31,057 nt of DNA. Origin: a virus. Its lineage: Duplodnaviria; Caudoviricetes. The notes beneath the pieces are model-generated. The model was given only the letters and a program-made list of their open reading frames with translations. It was not told the DNA's origin and did not search any database. The position numbers and the translations under genes are program-made. The stretch spans positions 1 to 31,057 of the IMG/VR virus record IMGVR_UViG_3300048578_000354, one strand, 5' to 3'. Below are positions 8,267-16,408 of this stretch, piece after piece (positions within the stretch are counted from its first letter, which is position 1; each line of letters starts with the position of its first letter).

Positions 8267-11200
8267 ATGACCAAGCCGCTCCTCATCCAGCGCCGTTTCG
8301 GGCCGCTGTTCCTGGTGCAGTTCTTTTCGGCCTTCAACGACAATTTCCTGAAGAACGCCCTGGTGTTCACCATCCTGTTCCAGATGGGCGTCGCCGGCGG
8401 CGAGGCGCTGGTGACCATTGCCACCGGCATATTGATGCTGCCGTTCATCTTCCTGTCGGGGTTGGGCGGTGAGCTCGCCGACCGTTACGACAAGGCGAGG
8501 GTGGCCGGCTGGCTGAAGCTCGTGGAGATCGCCATTGCCGGCCTGGCCGTGCTCGGCTTCGCCATCCAGTCGATTGCCGTGCTGATGACGGCGCTGGTGC
8601 TGTTCGGCGTGATCTCGGCGCTGTTCGGGCCGATCAAATACGGCATCCTGCCGGACCTCCTGGCGCCGTCCGAGCTGCCGCGCGGCAATGCGCTGGTGGA
8701 AGGGGCCACCTTCATTGCCATTCTCACCGGCACCTATGCCGGCGGCTTTGCCACGGGCGCCTATGGTGGTCCATGGGTGTTCGGCGTCGCCATGATGGTG
8801 CTGGCTGTGGCCAGCTGGATCGCCGCGCTCTATGTGCCCAAGGTGGGCGCCGCCGCGCCGGAGACGGTGATCGACCGCAACGTCGCGCGCTCCACCGTGC
8901 GCCTCATCGGCGAACTCTGGGGCGAGCCGCGCCTCTGGCGCACCGGGGTGATGGTCAGCCTGTTCTGGATGTTCGGCGTGGTGGCGATGGCGCTGATGCC
9001 GACCTTCGTCAAAGACATCCTCGGCGGACGCGAGGTGGCGGTGTCGGCCTACCTCACGGTGTTCGCGGTGTCGATCGCCGTGGGCTCGGCGCTGGGGGCC
9101 TGGCTGTCGGCCGGCCGCATCGTGCTGCTGCCGGTTCCGGTGGCCTCCGTCGCCATCGGCCTTGCGGCGCTCGATCTCGCCTGGACGCTCAGCGGCCTGA
9201 CGCCGGCCCCGGCCACCGAAAGCCTTGCCGAGTTCTTCGGCCGGCCCGGCGCCATCCATGCCGCCATCGACCTCGCGGCACTGGCGATTGCCGGCGGCGT
9301 GTTCATCGTGCCGTCGTTCGCCGCCGCCCAGCACTGGGCGCCGGTGGAACGGCGCGCCCGCGTTGTCGGCGCCATCAACGCGTTGACGGCCCTGTTCATG
9401 GTGGCCGGCGCCGGCACGGTGGCCGTGGCCCAGGCGTTGGGCGCGACGGTGCCGATGGTGCTGGTGGCGCTCGGCCTCTTCGCCTTCGGTTCGGCCGTCT
9501 GGATCTTTAGGGTGTTGCCGACCAACCCGCTCAGCGATTTCGTCTCGATCCTGTTGCGCGCCGTGTTCCGCATGGAGGTGACCGGCCTCAAGCACGTGCC
9601 GCCGGCCGGTGAGGGGACCATCGTGGCGCTGAACCACACCAGCTTCCTCGACGCCGTCGTCGCCGTGTCGCTGCTCGACCGCAACCCGGTGTTCGCCATC
9701 GACCACACCATGGCCGAGGCGTGGTGGGTGAAGCCCTTCCTGCGCTTCACCCGCGCCATGCCGCTCGACCCGACCAAGCCGCTGGCGACGCGCGCGCTGA
9801 TCGCCGCCGTCAAGGCGGGAGAGACGCTGGTGATCTTCCCCGAGGGGCGGATCACCGTGACGGGCACGCTGATGAAGGTCTATGACGGCGTCGGCCTGAT
9901 CGCCGACAAGGCCGAGGCGCCCATCGTGCCGGTGCGGCTGTCGGGGCTGGAATCGACGGTGTTCAGCCGCCTCAACTCCTTGCAGGTGAAGCGCCGCTGG
10001 TTCCCCAAGGTGACGGTGACCATCACCGAGCCGGTGCGGCTGTCACTGCCCGAGCACCTCAAGGGCAAGGCGCGCCGGCAGGCGGCGGGCAACGCGCTCT
10101 ACGGCATCATGTCGGACATGATGTTCCGCACCACCGACACCGACCTCACCATCTTCGAGGCGATGGTGGCGGCGGCCCGCCAGCACGGCGCCGGGCGCAT
10201 GGCGCTGCGCGACCCGGTGGGCGGCAAGCTCAGCTATCGCCGGATGCTGATGGGCGCCCGCATCCTCGGCCGCAAGCTCGCCCCGCTGGCCGCGCCCGGC
10301 GAGACGGTGGCGCTGATGGTGCCCAACGCCGTCGGCGGCGCGGTGACGTTCCTCGGCCTGCAATCGGCGGGTCGCGTGCCGGCGATGATCAACTTCACGG
10401 CCGGCGCCGCCAACATCCTCTCCGCCTGCGAAGCGTCGAAGGCCAAGGTGTTCGTGACGTCGCGGCTGTTCGTGGAAAAGGGTCGGCTGGAGCCGCTGAT
10501 CGCCGCGCTGGACGGCAAGATCAAGATCGTCTGGCTGGAGGACGTGCGCGCTACGGTGACGCGGCTCGACAAGCTGGACGCGGTCCTCAACTGGCCGAAC
10601 AGGCTGAGGAAATCCGGGCCGGACGATGCGGCGGCCATCCTGTTCACCTCGGGCTCCGAGGGGACGCCGAAGGGCGTGGTGCTCAGCCACCGCAACATCC
10701 TCGCCAACGTGGCGCAGGTGGCGGCGCGCATCGACTTCTCGCGCACCGACACGGCCTTCAACGCGCTGCCGATCTTCCACTCGTTCGGGCTCAGCGCCGG
10801 CCTGATCCTGCCGCTGGTCTCCGGCGTGCCGGTGTTTCTCTACCCGACGCCGCTGCACTACCGGATCATCCCGGAGCTGGTCTACCAGACCAACGCCACC
10901 GTGCTGTTCGGCACCGACACCTTCCTCTCCGGATACGGCCGCATGGCGCACCCCTATGATTTCCGCTCGCTGCGGCTCTTGGTGGCCGGCGCCGAGGCGG
11001 TGAAGGAGACGACGCGCAAGCTCTACGCCGAGAAGTTCGGCCTGCGCATCTTCGAGGGCTATGGCGTGACCGAGACGGCGCCGGTGCTGGCGCTCAACAC
11101 GCCGATGCACAACCGCGCGGGCACGGTGGGGCGGCTGTTGCCGGGCGTCGAGCATAAGCTGGAGCCGGTGGAGGGCATCGAGGCCGGCGGACGGCTGCAC

Positions 11201-11665
11201 GTGCGCGGCCCCAACGTGATGCTCGGCTACCTCCGGGTGGAAAACCCCGGCGTGCTGGAAGCGCCCGAGGGCGGCTGGCACGACACCGGCGACATCGTGG
11301 CGCTCGACGACGACGGCTTCGTCGCCATCAAGGGCCGCGCCAAGCGCTTCGCCAAGATCGGTGGAGAAATGGTGTCGCTGGCCGCCATCGACGCGCTGGC
11401 CACCCAGTGCTGGCCGGACGCCATGTCGGCCGCCGCCAGCGTGCCGGATGCCAAGAAGGGCGAGCGCATCATCCTGGTTACCGACAGGAAGGACGCGACG
11501 CGGGACGGGTTCATGGCGTTCGCAAGAGAGCGCGGCGCGACGGAGCTGATGATGCCGAGCGAAGTGCTGGTGGTGCCGGGATTGCCGCTGCTGGGCTCGG
11601 GCAAGACGGATTTTGCGGGGCTGGGGAGGTTGGTGAAGGAGCGGGCGGCGGTGGTGGCTGCGTAG
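8267..11665 (+). CDS. aas: MFS (LplT-like) + acyltransferase + acyl-ACP synthetase fusion (2-acylglycerophosphoethanolamine acyltransferase)
   Basis: N-terminal MFS (QFFSAFNDN, GELADRYDK), PlsC motifs NHTSFLD and FPEG, AMP-binding FTSGSEGTPKG and GYGVTE. GGAGG RBS. Confidence 0.93.
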   Translation: MTKPLLIQRRFGPLFLVQFFSAFNDNFLKNALVFTILFQMGVAGGEALVTIATGILMLPFIFLSGLGGELADRYDKARVAGWLKLVEIAIAGLAVLGFAIQSIAVLMTALVLFGVISALFGPIKYGILPDLLAPSELPRGNALVEGATFIAILTGTYAGGFATGAYGGPWVFGVAMMVLAVASWIAALYVPKVGAAAPETVIDRNVARSTVRLIGELWGEPRLWRTGVMVSLFWMFGVVAMALMPTFVKDILGGREVAVSAYLTVFAVSIAVGSALGAWLSAGRIVLLPVPVASVAIGLAALDLAWTLSGLTPAPATESLAEFFGRPGAIHAAIDLAALAIAGGVFIVPSFAAAQHWAPVERRARVVGAINALTALFMVAGAGTVAVAQALGATVPMVLVALGLFAFGSAVWIFRVLPTNPLSDFVSILLRAVFRMEVTGLKHVPPAGEGTIVALNHTSFLDAVVAVSLLDRNPVFAIDHTMAEAWWVKPFLRFTRAMPLDPTKPLATRALIAAVKAGETLVIFPEGRITVTGTLMKVYDGVGLIADKAEAPIVPVRLSGLESTVFSRLNSLQVKRRWFPKVTVTITEPVRLSLPEHLKGKARRQAAGNALYGIMSDMMFRTTDTDLTIFEAMVAAARQHGAGRMALRDPVGGKLSYRRMLMGARILGRKLAPLAAPGETVALMVPNAVGGAVTFLGLQSAGRVPAMINFTAGAANILSACEASKAKVFVTSRLFVEKGRLEPLIAALDGKIKIVWLEDVRATVTRLDKLDAVLNWPNRLRKSGPDDAAAILFTSGSEGTPKGVVLSHRNILANVAQVAARIDFSRTDTAFNALPIFHSFGLSAGLILPLVSGVPVFLYPTPLHYRIIPELVYQTNATVLFGTDTFLSGYGRMAHPYDFRSLRLLVAGAEAVKETTRKLYAEKFGLRIFEGYGVTETAPVLALNTPMHNRAGTVGRLLPGVEHKLEPVEGIEAGGRLHVRGPNVMLGYLRVENPGVLEAPEGGWHDTGDIVALDDDGFVAIKGRAKRFAKIGGEMVSLAAIDALATQCWPDAMSAAASVPDAKKGERIILVTDRKDATRDGFMAFARERGATELMMPSEVLVVPGLPLLGSGKTDFAGLGRLVKERAAVVAA

Positions 11666-11685
11666 TCATTGCGAGCTGAAAGCTT

Positions 11686-11723
11686 GGGGCTTCGGGGGAG
11701 CGTGATAGGGCCCTCGGAGCCCC
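11686..11723 (+). terminator. Possible terminator hairpin after aas
   Basis: GGGGCTTCGGGGG...CCCTCGGAGCCCC pairs with G-U wobble. Weak U tail. Confidence 0.35.
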
Positions 11724-11727
11724 TGTT

Positions 11728-11915
11728 GTCCTGAGGTCCTGCGCCTGAAGCGCAGGATGACGGCCTGATAGGAGCGGGAGTCACGTCTTGCAGTGCAGAG
11801 GCAGCGGGGATTAAGCGAAGAGCTAACTAGCTGTTTTATATCAATTTCCTGTCATCCTCGCGAAGGCCGCTTGAATTCGCGCGCGAATTCAAGGTGGACC
11901 TCAGGCAGGATGAAG
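11728..11915. repeat. REP/REPIN-like palindromic element, copy 3
   Basis: GTCCTGAGGTCCTGCGCCTGAAGCGCAGGATGACGG ... GTCATCCT ... CTTGAATTCGCGCGCGAATTCAAG GTGGACCTCAGG. Confidence 0.8.
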
Positions 11916-11974
11916 CTCAGAGGGGAGTATCGGGCTCCGGAGTCGATCGTGTTGCCCCTCTAAGCTCCCCACCC

Positions 11975-12002
11975 CACCACGGAAACCTCAAGTCCTTAGC
12001 GT
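11975..12002 (+). promoter_or_regulatory. Putative late-promoter motif, copy 1
   Basis: CACCACGGAAAC-N10-TAGCGT, ending 56 bp before the ATG at 12059. Confidence 0.7.
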
Positions 12003-12058
12003 CGCACCGACAGCGTCGGGCTGAATGGCCGCCGGCGCGCAAGCGACATGAGGACAAG

Positions 12059-14122
12059 ATGCCCGTTGTGCCGACCTATGAAGACCGGGGCATCCGCCTC
12101 GACCCCGGCCTCAATTTCCGCGACAACACCCACGCCACGCCGGAGATGTTCGGCTCCGGCATCGGCACCGCGCTCGGCACGGTTGGCAAGGGGCTGATGG
12201 ACCTGGGCGGCGCCGTGGCCGAGGTCGCTGATCTCGACGCGACCAACGCGGCCAAGGACAACAACAACGGCTTCATGGGTGGTGTGCGCGAGCTCAGCTA
12301 CGGCGAGAACGGCTATATGAACACCACCGGCCGGGTGGCGGTGGAAGGGCTGGATGCCTACCGCAAGGGCCTGTTGCAACTGGCGCAGGATGGAGCGAAG
12401 GGCCTGTCGCCCCTGGCGGCCCGAAAGTATTGGGATGCCACCAATGTGACACTCAACAGCCTGTCGGACGAAGCCGCCAAGCATGCCATGCAGCAGCGCA
12501 AGGTCTGGACGGCGCAGACCAGCCGGGCGCGCGTCGATACCTTCCGCGAGAGTGCCGCAGCGAGTTGGGGGCAGCCCAATGCCGAGAAGCTGGACGTGAT
12601 TGCCGCATTCACCGAGTACCAGCAACTTGGAAACCTGTTGGGTTGGAAAGCGGACGAGTTGGCTGGGCAGTCGGCCGGATTGATCTCGGACGTGCATGAG
12701 GACGGCATCCTGCGGAAGGCCGAGGGCGACCCTAGGGGGGCTGCTGCCGACATCGAGACGTACAAGGGCTTTCTGCTACCCGAGGCTCAGGAACGACTGA
12801 AGGCTACCGTCGGCAAGGCCGCGCTCGACGAGGAGACGCGGCTGGGGGCGCTGGAGTTCGCGGGCGGAACGCGAAAGCCGGGCGAGGCTTCGCGATCGTA
12901 TCTCGCGGAAGCGGCCGAGGCCGGCGCCGCGCCGAAGGTCGGGCCGACGCTGGAGCGGGCGCTGCTGCTGGGGCACGTGACGGGCGATGACGCCGACAAG
13001 GTGATCCGTCTCGATCCCAACTTCTCGACCAATCTTGCCGCTCTCCTCGAGGACGTACCGTCCCAGTACCGCGACGACATCAACATCCGCATTCCCGAGG
13101 CCGACGGCAAGGGGCGAACGGTCGATCTCACCTACAGGGGCAAGAGCCTTTCTGTCGCTCCGTCGCAACTGCTGGACTGGGCGAGGCGTTCTGTCGGGCG
13201 CTATGGCATGCTCATGCCGATCGGCGGGACGGGCGGCGCGGTGACGGCCGCCACCGACGGCATTGCCGTGCGGGCGCAGCGGCCCTCGGCCGACGCCATC
13301 GACAAGCACCTCGCCGGCATCGATGATCCGCGCCGGCGGGAGATTGCCAAGCAGGCCATCGCCACCTCGCTGGATCTCGAAAGCCAGCAGGAGCGAGAGC
13401 GGCAGCGGCAGGCCAAGGCCACGCTGTGGCAGCAGGTGGAGGCCGGCACGCCGCCCGATGCGCTGCCCTATACCCTCCGTCAGGCGGCCGGCGACCAGGC
13501 CATGACGGTGGCGCGCAACTACATCGGCAAGAAGCTGGCCGGGCCGATCGTCAGCGACGACATGCTGCTGGCCGACATGCGCCTGTTCTCGGCCGAGCGG
13601 CCGGAGGACTTCGCGCTGGTCGACCTCAACGACTATCGCGACCGTCTGGAGGACTCCGACCTCAAGGCGCTTGCCGAGACGCAGGCGGCGATCGGCCGCG
13701 ACGGCCGCAAGGCACGCGACCAGGGCGCCGAGCTGAAGGACGCCTTCGACATGGCGAAGGCGCGCCTGGAGGACGCCGGCGCGATCCTGCCGGGCGAGGA
13801 GAACAGCGGCCAGCGGCGCCAACTGCTGGCCGAAGTGCAGAACGCCGTCTACACCGGCCTTGCCGACTTCCGGGCGAAGAACCCCGGCATCAAGCCGGCG
13901 CCGGCCGACGTCCGCCGGATGATCGACAAGTTCCTCCTGCCCTACTACGTGCCGCTGCCGGACCCGAGGCGCGAGAGGCCCACGGCCGTCAAACTCTCCG
14001 ACATCTCGCCCGACCTGCGCAGGAGCATCACCCGCCAGCTCGCCACCGAGTATGGCCGCAAGCCGACGGACGGCGAGGTGGCGCGCGAGTATCAGGCTTT
14101 CATGCAGGCGCAGGGGGCGTGA
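12059..14122 (+). CDS. Medium internal virion / ejection protein (T7 gp15, P22 gp20 position)
   Basis: ATG at 12059 with GAGGA RBS (MPVVPTYE start is typical). The track start at 11894 lies inside the REP-like element. Ala-rich helical protein. Confidence 0.72.
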   Translation: MPVVPTYEDRGIRLDPGLNFRDNTHATPEMFGSGIGTALGTVGKGLMDLGGAVAEVADLDATNAAKDNNNGFMGGVRELSYGENGYMNTTGRVAVEGLDAYRKGLLQLAQDGAKGLSPLAARKYWDATNVTLNSLSDEAAKHAMQQRKVWTAQTSRARVDTFRESAAASWGQPNAEKLDVIAAFTEYQQLGNLLGWKADELAGQSAGLISDVHEDGILRKAEGDPRGAAADIETYKGFLLPEAQERLKATVGKAALDEETRLGALEFAGGTRKPGEASRSYLAEAAEAGAAPKVGPTLERALLLGHVTGDDADKVIRLDPNFSTNLAALLEDVPSQYRDDINIRIPEADGKGRTVDLTYRGKSLSVAPSQLLDWARRSVGRYGMLMPIGGTGGAVTAATDGIAVRAQRPSADAIDKHLAGIDDPRRREIAKQAIATSLDLESQQERERQRQAKATLWQQVEAGTPPDALPYTLRQAAGDQAMTVARNYIGKKLAGPIVSDDMLLADMRLFSAERPEDFALVDLNDYRDRLEDSDLKALAETQAAIGRDGRKARDQGAELKDAFDMAKARLEDAGAILPGEENSGQRRQLLAEVQNAVYTGLADFRAKNPGIKPAPADVRRMIDKFLLPYYVPLPDPRRERPTAVKLSDISPDLRRSITRQLATEYGRKPTDGEVAREYQAFMQAQGA

Positions 14123-14151
14123 GGGGGGGGCGGCCCCTTACGCATTCAGTT

Positions 14152-14544
14152 TCAGCGCTGGGTTATCCCTGCGTCTTGGACCGGAGCCGCGCCAAACTCT
14201 ACCTCCAGATCCTTCAGTGAAGAATAGGTCATGCTGATGGATAGAAAAAGCAAGATGGCGACGCCGGTACCGAGGCCCCTCGTCGGGACGGAAGCATTCC
14301 GGGCGAGACGGATGATGGCAAAAAAGAGGGCCGGTATGATGAACAAGCCTATGAAGTGGCCGACAACGGTCCCGATATACCGCGCGGATCCGAAATCCTG
14401 ATTGGGTACCTTGACGCCGAGAAGAACTGTGATGACGATCGTGGCGGCCAGGGCAAGCAGGCACAGCTTTCTCAAGCAGCTGTCGCGATGATATCTGTCG
14501 AGCGCTACGGCTTTCTTGATCTCTTCTGAGACGTCGTCTTGCAT
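14152..14544 (-). CDS. Small 3-TM membrane protein, paralogue A
   Basis: 130 aa, three hydrophobic segments, GAGG RBS. Aligns with 15698..16042. Confidence 0.75.
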   Translation of the reverse strand: MQDDVSEEIKKAVALDRYHRDSCLRKLCLLALAATIVITVLLGVKVPNQDFGSARYIGTVVGHFIGLFIIPALFFAIIRLARNASVPTRGLGTGVAILLFLSISMTYSSLKDLEVEFGAAPVQDAGITQR

Positions 14545-14702
14545 GTTTTTGCCTCGTGCCCCGTCCGACGGCGCAGGCGCGGACGGGCTGTCGCTCGCAA
14601 GGAGGGCCGATCCCTCGGTTGGTCCGACTGTGTCCGGAAACGGCGCGAGTCGACAATGGAGTACAACCCCTTATTGAAGCGCGGGCGCGGCAAGGCGCCG
14701 AT

Positions 14703-14730
14703 CACCACGGAAACCGTCAGCAGTTAGGGC
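14703..14730 (+). promoter_or_regulatory. Putative late-promoter motif, copy 2 (degenerate)
   Basis: CACCACGGAAAC-N10-TAGGGC. The final T of the -10-like hexamer is lost and no virion gene follows. Confidence 0.6.
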
Positions 14731-14962
14731 GCTGTTCGATCTGACTGAATCAGATCGGCGCCCGAAGTCTGTGTTTGCCAGGTATCATCTTGTCGATCCT
14801 CGTTTCACCCCGGTCGGATGATGCTCTTGCCTCTGGCCCGTCTGACGACAAAGGCCGAGCCAGGGCGCATGGGCGATAGTGCGGACTCGGAGATATACCG
14901 TTGTGGATCGGGGTGTGGCTGCCGTAAAGGTTGTGCGTTGCGCTTATCGGTAGAGGTGCCGG

Positions 14963-15535
14963 ATGTATTCGCTTTCGGATATTGTTGTTCCCCTTGTTAA
15001 TATAATTGCTAGCAGGGCGCTCCATTTTCTCGACTACAGCATTATTACTCTCTTGGGGGTGCCCCTGATTTCCGCGCTGGGGGCTCTGCATTTTGCGAAG
15101 CCCGCGTTCAAACTCGGACGGGCTGGCTACTTTTGTGCGACCGGCTTGTTCATTTTGCTTTTGGCGGTTGGTAAGAGTCTGATTTTTCTGACCTACTGGG
15201 CTCTTTTGGACAGTACTTTCTCTTGGGAGAGCGGGCTTTACCTGTTGGCGGTGCTGGGCATCTATGCCTGGTTTGTGGGGATGGGCGTTTTCATGGGGTT
15301 CGCGTCTTCCGCCCGGGCCATGGATGGGTATGGCCATCGCACCTACTGGTTTCTGGGCTTCATCCCGCTCGCCGACCTCGTGTTGCTGCTCAAGAGTCCG
15401 CGCGAGCGAAAAGCACTGACCTTGAAGCGGCTGGCCGGAAACACGCTGCTGATCGCCATCGGCGCGCTGCTGATCTGGATGGTCAGAGTGCAGGTCCATA
15501 TCTTTTCTACGATAATCGATGCGCTGGGACAGTAA
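14963..15535 (+). CDS. Multi-TM membrane protein, DUF805-like
   Basis: 190 aa, about 5 hydrophobic segments, motifs GRAGYF and ARAMDGYG...WFLGFIP. AGAGG RBS. Lower GC. Confidence 0.7.
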   Translation: MYSLSDIVVPLVNIIASRALHFLDYSIITLLGVPLISALGALHFAKPAFKLGRAGYFCATGLFILLLAVGKSLIFLTYWALLDSTFSWESGLYLLAVLGIYAWFVGMGVFMGFASSARAMDGYGHRTYWFLGFIPLADLVLLLKSPRERKALTLKRLAGNTLLIAIGALLIWMVRVQVHIFSTIIDALGQ

Positions 15536-15603
15536 GCCGCGAGCCGCCAAACCTGCCGTGGTCTTCAACGCCGCGCTGCCCTGACGCCTTCGATCGAAGG
15601 GGC

Positions 15604-15683
15604 AGCGGCACCCGCCTGCCTGCCATGGAGTATGCCGCAAGCCGACCGACGGCGAGGGGGCGCGGGAGTATCGGGCTTTCATG
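15604..15683 (+). pseudogene. Decayed copy of the 3' end of the 12059..14122 gene
   Basis: Aligns to 14024-14104 at 69/81 positions by manual count, including a 1-bp deletion. Confidence 0.85.
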
Positions 15684-15697
15684 TGAGCATAGTTGGG

Positions 15698-16042
15698 TCA
15701 GGAGGGGATGGCGCCCGACAGCTGCAAGCTGGCGTGGTAATAAAGCACGCCACACCAGATGAGGACTGCAATGAGGCCGGTTATCAGCCCGGCTCTGGGT
15801 ACGTCGGCCCAACGCATCAACCTGACCAGGACGAAAAACACCAACCCGAAAAGAAAAGCGGAGATGGCTATGCCTAAAGTCTCTCCAATCCAACGTCCTG
15901 TCGCACCACGCAGGTAGGGGTCAACAGGCTGAGCGGGTCTGTGAAGCTGGACTATCAGGCTACAGGCCAGAGCAACAAGAAACATGATGCCAAGGCTTAT
16001 CTTGAGGCCGCGCTTCTTCTCCGCAGGGCTGTAGTCTTTCAC
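15698..16042 (-). CDS. Small 3-TM membrane protein, paralogue B
   Basis: 114 aa, GTG start, AAAGGA RBS. Shares R[YW]IG and FFxxxRLxRxAxVPxxGLxTG with paralogue A. Confidence 0.75.
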   Translation of the reverse strand: MKDYSPAEKKRGLKISLGIMFLVALACSLIVQLHRPAQPVDPYLRGATGRWIGETLGIAISAFLFGLVFFVLVRLMRWADVPRAGLITGLIAVLIWCGVLYYHASLQLSGAIPS

Positions 16043-16050
16043 TTCGGATT

Positions 16051-16065
16051 GTTCCTTTGTTGTTC
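16051..16065. promoter_or_regulatory. Alphaproteobacterial LexA-type box, proximal
   Basis: GTTC-CTTTGTT-GTTC, overlapping the RBS of 15698..16042. Confidence 0.55.
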
Positions 16066-16193
16066 GATGCTTTTCGGCTCAACGGCGTCGTGCTCCCGTC
16101 TCGCCGGTTTGCCTGATACCGCGCGAGTTCTCCGCAGCGCTCTTGGTCCTTGAATGCCTAGCCTCGCTCAGCCTTGCGCGTGGCCGGTAGCCT

Positions 16194-16208
16194 GTTCCTT
16201 TTGTGTTC
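16194..16208. promoter_or_regulatory. Alphaproteobacterial LexA-type box, distal
   Basis: GTTC-CTTTTGT-GTTC in the divergent intergenic region. Confidence 0.6.
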
Positions 16209-16350
16209 CTGAATGCACCATCAGGAGGCGAGTCGGCAACAGGACACAATCTTTTCTAGGGGGCTGGTGAATACTGAGGAGGTGAGCTGGTCGGAGCTTG
16301 GCAGGCTTTGCTGGTGCTGCTGCTGGCCGGGATAGGCGGCCTCAACCGAT

Positions 16351-16378
16351 CACCACGGAAACCCGCAGGACTTAGCGT
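16351..16378 (+). promoter_or_regulatory. Putative late-promoter motif, copy 3
   Basis: CACCACGGAAAC-N10-TAGCGT, 30 bp before the TTG at 16409. Confidence 0.7.
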
Positions 16379-16408
16379 CAGGCCTGATCCTTTTCGGGAG
16401 ATAGGTCT

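Noticed and set aside
11894-12058. N-terminal extension of the 742-aa ORF
   Set aside because: Starts within a REP-like element and spans the promoter motif. The ATG at 12059 has a good RBS.
14750-15682. 310-aa minus-strand ORF
   Set aside because: Antisense to the more plausible membrane gene 14963..15535 and runs through the decayed repeat.
14024-15683. DGR template/variable repeat pair
   Set aside because: Mismatches are not adenine-specific, include an indel, and no reverse transcriptase is in the window.
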